Assembly (NCBI GenBank): GCA_036918135.1
Contig: JBALDB010000067.1
Coordinates: 64,001 to 128,000 of the forward strand
Reading direction: 5' to 3'
DNA: 64,000 nucleotides
DNA from: Nostoc sp.
GTDB lineage: Bacteria; Cyanobacteriota; Cyanobacteriia; Cyanobacteriales; Nostocaceae
A program made the translations under genes and the position numbers. A model generated the notes under the pieces. That model saw only the letters and a program-made list of their open reading frames with translations. It was not told the DNA's origin and made no database searches. Of the stretch, positions 32,047 through 40,887 are shown piece by piece (position 1 is the stretch's first letter; each line of letters begins with the position of its first letter).

Positions 32047-35000
32047 TTATTCCCAAAGCAATACTGAAGGCAGTAAGTCTGGATACGCTAACCTCAAAAG
32101 CTGATAGCCAATTCCTGCGATACCTTGAAAAAAACTAGGATTGTAAGCATCTCCAGGAAGTTTAGAAAATTGAGAAGTATCCGCTTGCTTAGCTCTAGCC
32201 GCTTGTTTTTGGGCAGTTTCCCACAATTTCGGTTGTGACAGCTTTTGAGCAGCTACCAGCAGCACTTCTATCCTGCCAAAGTTACCGCAGCAGAGATTGT
32301 CTCTAGCCTCTAAACCAAACTGTTGGGTTGTGTTTAAAGCAACACCAATCTCTTGCCGAATTTCCGTAGTATCTAAAATCATTAGACCTCCTAAACGGGC
32401 TAAACCAATGCCAGGAGCGCCATGACACCAACTTGTCATAAAAGGCTTATTCTGAGTCAAAGCGATCGCTCTCAAGTCTGGCCAGTTTCCCGCAGCAGGA
32501 GAAAATACACTGCGTTCATAGGCAATGGCTGACTCTGCGGCTTTCAGAAAATTTAGTTCTTGTGTGGTTTTGTACAATCGCAGCAAGGCGTAGGCAATGC
32601 CCGCCGCGCCATGAGAAAATCCTGTCAGTAACTTGTCTTCTCCAGTTACCCAAGCTCTAAATTCAGAATCGCTAGTAACTCGGTTATTTAGTAGATGATG
32701 TCCACAGGCGATCGCTTGCTCCAAAGCAATCTGCTCTAAAGTTGCTTGGTGCAAAGCCAGTAAACCTAATATTGCCCCCCCTGCTCCAGCCATCGTGTCA
32801 AATTGGGAATCGCCTACAATACTTTCTTGTGTTATTCGGGAAGCTGCAAGTTTTGCCACCTCTAGAAGTTGTGATTCATTTAGAAATTGACTAACCCGCA
32901 CCAGAGCATAAATAATAGATCCTATTCCGGTGGCTCCACCGATGCCAATTTGTTGAGTAATTTCAGGTTGCAGTAAAGTCTTTTTCAGGGGTTGCAGTGC
33001 TTTGAGTGCTAAGTCGCGCCATTTGCGATCGCCAGTAATTTTTGCCAACGCCGCTAAAAATAAAGCGACTCCACAAACACCGTCATATAAGCTATACCCC
33101 AAAGGTTGCGGTTGCAAGCGTCCAACTTCCCGGATGTGTTTCATACCAATCCAGGTAACACTACTATCAGCATGAATTGCACGATTTTCTAGTTCTTGAG
33201 CGATCGCCACAGCTTCCTCTACCATCTGTGCTGGTGTTAGGGCAGCAATTACATCGAGATTCCAACTCTGTGCATTACTATCCAGTTCATCAGCAACCCG
33301 CGAACACAAAGAAACTTGAATAATCTCAATTTGTTGCGCTAAATCTACATTATTCAACTGCTGTAGATTAGAAATCACTCTATTGTAACTAGGTTCTTTG
33401 AAAAATTTTGTAATAGTTAGGTCAGAACTAAGTATTAGAGAATCACTGGTTGATTCAGCAGTAAAATAGGGAATATCTAATTGTTCCAGTGCTTGTATTT
33501 CTGCTGCCAATAGTGACCAATGAATCGGTTTTGTATCGGCTGTCAAAAACATCCGACTTAGCACATCTAGTTCAATACTGCGGTCTGCACCATCCTGCAT
33601 AAACTTAGGCTGCAAGGCTAAACTCTGTAGTTGCCCGTAGATTTTAGTACCTCGAAACACAAACCGTACTTGCTGATGAGCTAAATTTGCTAAAGGACTA
33701 TCAGTGGCTAGGAGTGCTTCTCGTCGTTGTACCAAAAACTGATACATCTGCTGGAAACCATCTACAATTTCGTCAACATAGTCGTTTGGTGAGAGAGTGA
33801 TGCCATTGAGGTAAGGTGCATTGGCTTTGGTTGAGATGGTGCCAGATTTATACCCCAGCGTCATGTTGTCAGTGTTGATATGCTGCCACTCTGGTCTTGG
33901 AAAAGGAAACTTCTGTTCGCTAACTGACCCCAATCCACTGATATCGTAGATTTGTTTATCTGCGCCAAATTCCCATCTTGGTAGTAGTCCAGTCCGCAGC
34001 ACAGAGTCCTGAAATTCCTGAGTTGCTGAGGAATGAGTTTTTTTGTCACCAATCTCATTAGCGTCAGGATGCATTAGAGTTTCCATATCTACCAACATCA
34101 GGTGTTCGCCACTGGCGATCAGATTCTCAAAGTGGCAATCACTAGCCCCAAGAACGTAGAGGAGACATAAGAGCATCCCTGCACGTTTGTAGTAGCGCTG
34201 CGCTGCTATTTCATTTTCACAAGGTAAATGCTCTACATACTCCACCCAGCCATAAGTATTACAGTTGATGACTTTCAATAACTGGAAAGGTAGCAGAACT
34301 TTTTGCTGATTACACCAAGCTAGTAGCTGAAAATACGCTGCTTCCAATGCCAAATTTTTCGGTTTATAGACCAGTTTTAGACCAGAAGCGAAAGAAAGAG
34401 CGATCGCACAACGCCCTCGATTGTGAGGATCGGAGAGAAAAGGCTGGATGGCAACAACCTCACCTGTATCCTCTAAGAATGTTTGCTGAATGATTGACAA
34501 GTCTGATGTCAGTCGTTGAAGAAATTCTGTTGTTGCTTCTAACCAAAAATTCATCGCTGTCGTCACTAAACGAGCCAAGACGCTGTACATCTGAAAAAAA
34601 GACAGCAATCCCTCTGTTGTAAGACTGTTAATAAATTCTTGGTATTGCTCTTTACTAAGACTGTCTTGTAGTTGTCCCAATAAACAGCTTAAAGATGATT
34701 GCTTCAACAATCGAAAAGCTGAAAACTCCATCTGTAAAGACTGGGCACAAACAGATGATAATCGTACTAATAAACTGCGCTCCAGACTTATATGAGCCGA
34801 TTCTGACAGCAGTTGATAACTAGCACCTGTTTGGGCAATCAGTTTTTGCCGCGCCACCTGAACAAACGGTAGAAAAATCTCTTCAAAAGGAATTGGATCT
34901 TCAGGAATTAAACAACGATATACAACCTTATCTACTTTTTTTAAATCACCTTGGAGAATTTCCTGTAAATTTTCTGCCCAAGCTGGAAGTTGTTGTGCAT

Positions 35001-35256
35001 CCGCAAGGTGAACGCGACCTAATACTTTACAAACTGTCTCTATATTCAGATCGTCCCAAGCAAGGCGTTTAGCAAATTTTTCCCAATTTCCTTTAGCAAC
35101 AGCTTGACACCATTTCTTCAGACGAGAGCAAGTTAGTTCATCCTTTTCTAGTGCGGTATCCGCAATCAAACGTAAACGCCAAACATCACCCAATCGCTCA
35201 GGAATAGTGCTAGCTTTTTCAACAATCTTGAGTACATCTTGTTGTGAAACTTCCAT
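32047..35256 (-). CDS. lanM: Class II lanthipeptide synthetase LanM
   Basis: Dehydratase motifs SDPH, LVYKPK, DCHFEN, VDMET, SVLRTGLLP, RGTKIY and DIPYF; cyclase motifs GFSHGAAG, SWCHGAPG and NLCCGNFG. Confidence 0.96.
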   Translation of the reverse strand: MEVSQQDVLKIVEKASTIPERLGDVWRLRLIADTALEKDELTCSRLKKWCQAVAKGNWEKFAKRLAWDDLNIETVCKVLGRVHLADAQQLPAWAENLQEILQGDLKKVDKVVYRCLIPEDPIPFEEIFLPFVQVARQKLIAQTGASYQLLSESAHISLERSLLVRLSSVCAQSLQMEFSAFRLLKQSSLSCLLGQLQDSLSKEQYQEFINSLTTEGLLSFFQMYSVLARLVTTAMNFWLEATTEFLQRLTSDLSIIQQTFLEDTGEVVAIQPFLSDPHNRGRCAIALSFASGLKLVYKPKNLALEAAYFQLLAWCNQQKVLLPFQLLKVINCNTYGWVEYVEHLPCENEIAAQRYYKRAGMLLCLLYVLGASDCHFENLIASGEHLMLVDMETLMHPDANEIGDKKTHSSATQEFQDSVLRTGLLPRWEFGADKQIYDISGLGSVSEQKFPFPRPEWQHINTDNMTLGYKSGTISTKANAPYLNGITLSPNDYVDEIVDGFQQMYQFLVQRREALLATDSPLANLAHQQVRFVFRGTKIYGQLQSLALQPKFMQDGADRSIELDVLSRMFLTADTKPIHWSLLAAEIQALEQLDIPYFTAESTSDSLILSSDLTITKFFKEPSYNRVISNLQQLNNVDLAQQIEIIQVSLCSRVADELDSNAQSWNLDVIAALTPAQMVEEAVAIAQELENRAIHADSSVTWIGMKHIREVGRLQPQPLGYSLYDGVCGVALFLAALAKITGDRKWRDLALKALQPLKKTLLQPEITQQIGIGGATGIGSIIYALVRVSQFLNESQLLEVAKLAASRITQESIVGDSQFDTMAGAGGAILGLLALHQATLEQIALEQAIACGHHLLNNRVTSDSEFRAWVTGEDKLLTGFSHGAAGIAYALLRLYKTTQELNFLKAAESAIAYERSVFSPAAGNWPDLRAIALTQNKPFMTSWCHGAPGIGLARLGGLMILDTTEIRQEIGVALNTTQQFGLEARDNLCCGNFGRIEVLLVAAQKLSQPKLWETAQKQAARAKQADTSQFSKLPGDAYNPSFFQGIAGIGYQLLRLAYPDLLPSVLLWE

Positions 35257-35276
35257 TTCAACGCCCTACCTCGATG

Positions 35277-36809
35277 CTAATGCTCGCACAAAACTCCATC
35301 CGCAGCACTCTTTGCCAATGCAATGTTAACTGGCAATGTCTCTGCATATTCCCGCATTTTTAGTTCAGCAGCTTTGGGTTTTGGCTCATCATCTAAAACC
35401 CCTTTGTCAAACATTAAGTTTAAATAATGAGATGTGTGAGCTGGCGAAACACCACGACTGTTAAACATAGAAACAATATCTTGAGTAGTTTTTCCGCCCT
35501 CGTATATCGCATCACCCAATTCTCTTAAATAAGAATCATGGCAAAACTTAAAAGTTTTGAGTCTGTTTGAGAGTTGGAAACCATCAAGAAGAATCTCATA
35601 CTTCAAGTCAGGACGGAAACTAATTAAATCACTCGCTCTGGCTGTAGAAGGCATATTAACGGTTATCATCCTCTCTATGAGAGTTTTGAAATCATCGACA
35701 TTAGAAAAAGTTCCTTGGTCGTAAACTATGTAGCCCAATGGCCAGCGATCGTTTGCATTACAAGGGCTAATAAGTTTGACACTACGCTCAACCATGCTTA
35801 CCAAAAATCCTGTTACACAGGCAATTGTTCCTTGAGCGGGGAATTCATTATCTTCACCTCCTTTTTTGAGATTCTGCTCCCGTACTCGTCCAGTACTAGC
35901 TTTGAGCAAAGTTGACTCTTTATTCTGGAGTACTAATTTCACAAAAGCTAGTTCTTCAGGACTAAATTCTTCATGAACTTGATTAAGTATTTTCAAAGAA
36001 ATAATAGAGAACCGATTGAGCAGGCATCCTTTTTCCCGTGATAGTTTTAGCAGCGCTCTGGTGCGAGCCGGATCTTTCATTGGTTGAGCCGTTGTAGTTG
36101 AAGGAAACATTCCTAAAACTTTATGAAAATCAATAGCGAATTTTTCGTAGTCTGGATTATCTAGAGGATCTGTTGCCCAATAGCAAAAGCCTGCACCAGC
36201 TCCTGGCCCTAGTATCTCTTTCATTACCTCAAGTACTTCATGCCACAATTTGGCATTTTCTTGGTTATACAGGAAAATATCACCTAAGCGAGGTGCAGAG
36301 ACACCACAAAACCAGCATCCAACAGAACATCCTTTACTGAGTTCAAAACAAACTGGAGCGTGTAAGATTGCATCTTGAATATTTTTTTTAAACTGACTTG
36401 TAGTTCGGGCAATCTGTCGCTGCCGCCACGCTTTAAAGTGAGGTTCGCTCGAAGAAGCCGCACTCGATTTTATCATGTCAAATACTTCTAAGTTCTCAAC
36501 CAATTCCAGACAACGCTTCAAGTTTTTGGAAATTGACATTTCTTCGCCATCTTTTTCAGGAAACTCTGCATCCCATAAAAGTCTAATTTCCTCCGGATTG
36601 ATTTTGATCTGATAACTATTAATAGCCTGTTCTGGTTCTAAAGATACCTTTTCTCGGAATTTTGGATCTGCATTCCATCTTTCCATAAAACGTTTTATTT
36701 GGTTAATAAATGCTTTTTCAGTATCGCCATAACATAATGTATGACTTTTCCAAAAATGAGGAATTATTTTTTGTGCCAAATCTTTAGTATACTTAGTTTT
36801 TTGAGTCAT
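35277..36809 (-). CDS. Radical SAM RiPP amino-acid epimerase (PoyD/OspD family)
   Basis: IKRFMERW, WRQRQIAR, FELSKGCSVGCWFCGVSA, CYWATDPLDNPDYE, TTTA and TIACVTGFL motifs; adjacent to an NHLP precursor. ATG at 36809 has an AGGAG RBS. Confidence 0.9.
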   Translation of the reverse strand: MTQKTKYTKDLAQKIIPHFWKSHTLCYGDTEKAFINQIKRFMERWNADPKFREKVSLEPEQAINSYQIKINPEEIRLLWDAEFPEKDGEEMSISKNLKRCLELVENLEVFDMIKSSAASSSEPHFKAWRQRQIARTTSQFKKNIQDAILHAPVCFELSKGCSVGCWFCGVSAPRLGDIFLYNQENAKLWHEVLEVMKEILGPGAGAGFCYWATDPLDNPDYEKFAIDFHKVLGMFPSTTTAQPMKDPARTRALLKLSREKGCLLNRFSIISLKILNQVHEEFSPEELAFVKLVLQNKESTLLKASTGRVREQNLKKGGEDNEFPAQGTIACVTGFLVSMVERSVKLISPCNANDRWPLGYIVYDQGTFSNVDDFKTLIERMITVNMPSTARASDLISFRPDLKYEILLDGFQLSNRLKTFKFCHDSYLRELGDAIYEGGKTTQDIVSMFNSRGVSPAHTSHYLNLMFDKGVLDDEPKPKAAELKMREYAETLPVNIALAKSAADGVLCEH

Positions 36810-36917
36810 GATATTAACTCCTGATAGGTTAAGATGAAAAGTTGAAATATTAGCTAAACTTAGAAAAGTTAGCAACTAATAAGTTAACTAATGAGATAGT
36901 ACGTTAAGAAAAGAATC

Positions 36918-36952
36918 GGTAGTAGTAAGGAAATTGGATGTCAACTACTACC
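36918..36952 (-). terminator. Stem-loop downstream of the NHLP precursor (terminator or mRNA stabiliser)
   Basis: GGTAGTAGT / ACTACTACC inverted repeat about 50 bp after the stop codon. Confidence 0.5.
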
Positions 36953-37004
36953 AGTTCAAATGAAATTTCCCAACAATGAGAACAGAGCAGGAATCAAGAA
37001 ATTA

Positions 37005-37307
37005 TTATTTACAATCGTAAATTGTTCCTTCTGTAACAAAAGTGTCTCCGCCACCACCAGCTACAGCTTCCAGAGCTTCGTCAGATAACTCTTCGCTAAC
37101 TTGTGGACTCTTAGGAAGTACTAAATAGAGAGTATTTCCGGTTTCCTCCACTACCTTAATCTCAATATTTTCAGGAATTTTTTGCCCTGATTCTCTGGCA
37201 AACACTGCTTTGGGATTTCTAATTAGTTCTTGCTTGAAAGCTTCGTCTTTCCAAGCTCTAGCAATCAAATCAGATTCAATTTCTCGACGACCTTTATTTG
37301 CAGCCAT
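37005..37307 (-). CDS. NHLP-leader (nitrile hydratase-like, proteusin) precursor peptide
   Basis: LIARAWKDEAFKQELIRNPK...IKVVEET..TLYLVLP...ELSDEALEAVAGG leader, followed by core GGDTFVTEGTIYDCK. Confidence 0.95.
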   Translation of the reverse strand: MAANKGRREIESDLIARAWKDEAFKQELIRNPKAVFARESGQKIPENIEIKVVEETGNTLYLVLPKSPQVSEELSDEALEAVAGGGGDTFVTEGTIYDCK

Positions 37308-37619
37308 GTCATTCTTCCCTTAAATTTAATTTACTGCATCGAACTATGAATGAGGTTAATAAAGTACGATTATAAAAACTTTTAGTTTATATATTTAAGA
37401 CGCACTTCAAAAGCTCAACTCATGTTCTTAATATTTAGTTTATCGAGTAAAAATTTGAGCGACAATTAACAATTTTTCTGTTGGACTAACAATTTTTTCA
37501 TAGCTTATTTGCTAAAATCTATATTAATTTGAACAAATATGGATATATTTAAATAAAATATACCTTATAGACAATGACAAAGAATTTGTAAGAGAATTCA
37601 GTACTTTTATATAAAAATC

Positions 37620-37665
37620 TATACAGTGCAGGTGTTAAGATTTGGCTTAACACCTGCACTGTATA
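37620..37665. terminator. Perfect 20-bp-stem hairpin directly after the cNMP gene
   Basis: TATACAGTGCAGGTGTTAAG-ATTTGG-CTTAACACCTGCACTGTATA. Confidence 0.7.
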
Positions 37666-37674
37666 TTAAGAGAT

Positions 37675-38757
37675 TTAAATTACTCTTAAACGTTTCAGCA
37701 TCCAATCAAATCTTGTTCCAGCCAATGCCATTCGATCTAAAATTCTAGAATCCAGTTCATCTTCATATTCAACATTTTCATCTAATGGTTGACCTTGACT
37801 GTAAACGCGTCTGCCATAACCGAGCCGACTGAGCAATTCATGCAATCTATTTGAAAGGAGAGTAGCAATTACTCGATAAAAGCGAGATGCAAAACCGATA
37901 TCTTGTTGTAATTTTGCTGCTAATTGCTGTCGCTTAATTGATAACACAAGTGAGTCTTCAATAGCCTGGACTGTTGCAGGAGGTAATTTAGTGTCAAGAA
38001 AAGGTGTTTCTCCGACGATTTCGCCCCTTGATAATCTTACTATATCTCGACTTTGTGTTTGAGTGCCCTCTATGGCTGCAAAAGCTCGGATGAGGGGATT
38101 GCGTTCATCCTCAGAAACGAAAACTGTCATTGTTCCATCCAATAGGATATACAACGCATCTACAGGCCCTCCCTCACGGATGAGTACGGTGTTAGTAGCA
38201 ATTTTTTGGCGAGTACCTGTAGCAATCATCCAATCAATGTCACTGTCATTTAATTCGCCCAAAACAAACAGCATATCTCTGAGTGCTTGACTAGCAACAA
38301 GTTTGTTACGACTAAGTTGGGTGATTCTGTCTGAAAGTAGAATAGCGATCGCTCGATAAAAGCGGCAAGCAAAACCGACATCTGTTTGCAATTTTACCGC
38401 CAATTCCTGCTGGGGAATCGAGATTACAAGGGACTTTTCAGCAGCCTTTACGGTTGCAGCAGTTGGGCGTACATTTACAAACGGGATTTCTCCTACTATC
38501 TCACCGCTTGATAACCTGGCAATTTCCCGATGTTTTATTTCATCACCCTCTATAGCTGCAAAAGCACGACCTAGAGGATTGTTATCAGCTTGAGAAATAG
38601 TAACTACCAAAGCTCCATCAAGTACCAGATGTAGAGTATTGGCAGCTTTTCCTTCTTCGATGAGTACAGTCCCAGCAGCTATTTCCCTCTGAAGACCTGT
38701 AGTAATCATCCAATTGATATCGCTATTAGTTAATTCCTTAAGTAGAACTTCTTTCAT
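37675..38757 (-). CDS. Tandem cyclic-nucleotide-binding domain protein (bacteriocin-transport-associated type)
   Basis: Two internal repeats, each with EL..SDI.WMI.TG, LDG, GEIVGE and FA.RFYR. Confidence 0.88.
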   Translation of the reverse strand: MKEVLLKELTNSDINWMITTGLQREIAAGTVLIEEGKAANTLHLVLDGALVVTISQADNNPLGRAFAAIEGDEIKHREIARLSSGEIVGEIPFVNVRPTAATVKAAEKSLVISIPQQELAVKLQTDVGFACRFYRAIAILLSDRITQLSRNKLVASQALRDMLFVLGELNDSDIDWMIATGTRQKIATNTVLIREGGPVDALYILLDGTMTVFVSEDERNPLIRAFAAIEGTQTQSRDIVRLSRGEIVGETPFLDTKLPPATVQAIEDSLVLSIKRQQLAAKLQQDIGFASRFYRVIATLLSNRLHELLSRLGYGRRVYSQGQPLDENVEYEDELDSRILDRMALAGTRFDWMLKRLRVI

Positions 38758-39934
38758 AAAATCGATCCATGTTTTTTTGGATACGCAAGTTCGCCTCCTC
38801 TGAAGCCAATTCTTCCAATGTCAAACAGGTTAAAGCCATTGAAATCAGAGTTTGGCGATTAAATTTATCTGTTAATTGGTGTGAAGTAGTTGTGTGGGTT
38901 TGGTCTAAATCCCCATTTAAAGCATCAAAATGCTGCAAGTTTTCTGCGGCATTCTTCACTAAAATCTGTAATATTTTAAAAGCTCCATCTGAAAGTGGCG
39001 GTTGACCTCGATAATTTTGCAGTCTACCTCCCTCTCGATAATCTGGAAACGACTCCAGTCCCAAAAAGCGCAAGAACCAGTCAGCCCGATAATGTCCTAT
39101 AGCCGCTACAATACCTCTGTAGTCGGCAATCAATTCGTCAAGCAGATTGTTACGCATTGAGTTAAACAAGCGACGGGTGAGGTAATGAGTACATTCATGT
39201 TCCAGCCGAATTGTCACTGATAGACGTTGCCATTCCTTTTTTGATAGTCCGATGTCGCTGGCTGAAACATCGCTATAGTCGCCGTCACTCAAAATAATGA
39301 ACCGATCCTGATAAAGTTCCTTTTGCGGGATGAGCCGTTTAAATTCTGCTGTCCATTCAACTTCAGAGCAATTAGGAGAATTTTGTTGCCATTGTTGGCG
39401 ATAGCGGTGAATTCGATCCCAATTGTTGAAACCGGTAATTATGCAGGCTCCCATAGAAGCAGGGACTAAACTCGGTTCATTCCGCATTGTTAGCGCTTGT
39501 ACCAAAGATACAAAATCTTCTCGATTCCCGGTTAGCAAAACTGGGATGGCTCCAGCTAAACTTTGATGTACCGTTAATTGCAGTTTTTCTGGTTGTTTTA
39601 AAAGCAAATTAGTTGCTTCACCCATACCATCTACTGATACACCTTTGCGGGTAGCAGAACGATATGCCTCAGTCTGGCTGATACCTTCGAGTATGGGAAA
39701 CCTTAACTGAACCAATACGCGTCTAAGTGCTTCAAAGGCTCCTATGTCCTTGCCAGTAGTTGCATATTCTTCCCAAGCAGCTATATGGGGTTCAGACGGA
39801 AGCGGAAACTTGAGGGGAACTTTTAAACTGGTGTGGTCAAAGACGTTTTGATTGTAAGCAAGCAGCTCTTGTGTCTGTTGGGGATTAGCGCCATAGGAGG
39901 CAAGTATACTAGCACGAAATTCCTGTTGGTTCAA
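38738..39934 (-). CDS. Hypothetical protein with an HExxH metallopeptidase-like motif
   Basis: RLEHECTHY...LDELIADY; overlaps the start of the cNMP gene, suggesting translational coupling. Confidence 0.7.
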   Translation of the reverse strand: MNQQEFRASILASYGANPQQTQELLAYNQNVFDHTSLKVPLKFPLPSEPHIAAWEEYATTGKDIGAFEALRRVLVQLRFPILEGISQTEAYRSATRKGVSVDGMGEATNLLLKQPEKLQLTVHQSLAGAIPVLLTGNREDFVSLVQALTMRNEPSLVPASMGACIITGFNNWDRIHRYRQQWQQNSPNCSEVEWTAEFKRLIPQKELYQDRFIILSDGDYSDVSASDIGLSKKEWQRLSVTIRLEHECTHYLTRRLFNSMRNNLLDELIADYRGIVAAIGHYRADWFLRFLGLESFPDYREGGRLQNYRGQPPLSDGAFKILQILVKNAAENLQHFDALNGDLDQTHTTTSHQLTDKFNRQTLISMALTCLTLEELASEEANLRIQKNMDRFYERSST

Positions 39935-40000
39935 GAGCGATCGCCTCCCATAATTACACCAATTTCAAAAAATGGAAACCCAAACAAAATCTAGCTTTCT

Positions 40001-40828
40001 TCATTTTGAATTTTGAATTTTAAATTTTGAATTTTGAATTGGTATTACCTTTTCTTGTTCTGCAAAAATCTGCTCAGCAATTTCTTTGACTATCAGACTA
40101 AAAGGATGCTCAGAATGGTGCAGACAGAAAATATCGCTGCTTCCCAACTGAATCAACTCTTCACAAAGGGGTACAATGCCAGCTACTGGAGTGTTGTAAA
40201 GTGTCTCTATCTGTTGCTGCAAGGCATCAAAATCAAAAGCTGGCAACACCTTATTAACCACCAGCAGCATTTTAGACACCTCCAACTTTCTTGCTACATC
40301 CACCGTCACAGCAGTACCCTGAAAGTCTTGGTTGTCTGGACGTAGAATTACAACCAAAATATCAGAGATAGCGATGGAAAGTAAGGTTTCTTCATTCAAA
40401 CCGGGATGAGTATCAATCAACAAGTAGTCCAAGTGCAAATGGCGGACGATTTCCTCAAAGCCGTCGTTGAGTCGGCTGACATCATAACCCTCGCGCAAAA
40501 TTCGGGAAATTTCACTAGCCTTGATACTGGAGGGAATCAGGTAGAGGCTGCCATCTGCTACAGCTCTCTCATCTTTCGCCTTTAGAGCGTGGCTAACATT
40601 ATAAACAGCTTCTTTAATGGTACAACGACCCCATAAATAGTCATTGAGGGAGCGCTGCATCTTTGCCTCATCTAGACCGAAAATAATATGAATCCCTGGC
40701 GACTGGATGTCAGTATCAACAATACCCACACGTTGTCCGTGGCGGGCAATGGTAGCACCTAAGTTGGCAATCAAATTTGATTTGCCAGTGCCACCACGAA
40801 ATGAGTGAACAGATACAATTTTTGTCAT
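40001..40828 (-). CDS. MinD/ParA family ATPase
   Basis: SFRGGTGKS deviant Walker A, VDTDIQSPG, IDTHPG, VVNKV; C-terminus extended by a TTTTGAA heptamer repeat. Confidence 0.9.
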   Translation of the reverse strand: MTKIVSVHSFRGGTGKSNLIANLGATIARHGQRVGIVDTDIQSPGIHIIFGLDEAKMQRSLNDYLWGRCTIKEAVYNVSHALKAKDERAVADGSLYLIPSSIKASEISRILREGYDVSRLNDGFEEIVRHLHLDYLLIDTHPGLNEETLLSIAISDILVVILRPDNQDFQGTAVTVDVARKLEVSKMLLVVNKVLPAFDFDALQQQIETLYNTPVAGIVPLCEELIQLGSSDIFCLHHSEHPFSLIVKEIAEQIFAEQEKVIPIQNSKFKIQNSK

Positions 40829-40887
40829 AATGCAATACCTAGTAATAATTCGTAATTAAATCACTACGAATTGATTTGGTTAGTTTC

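Noticed and set aside
40001..40828. Cell-division minD or plasmid parA
   Set aside because: No minC, minE or parB nearby; the context is the signalling/RiPP operon, so no gene symbol was assigned.
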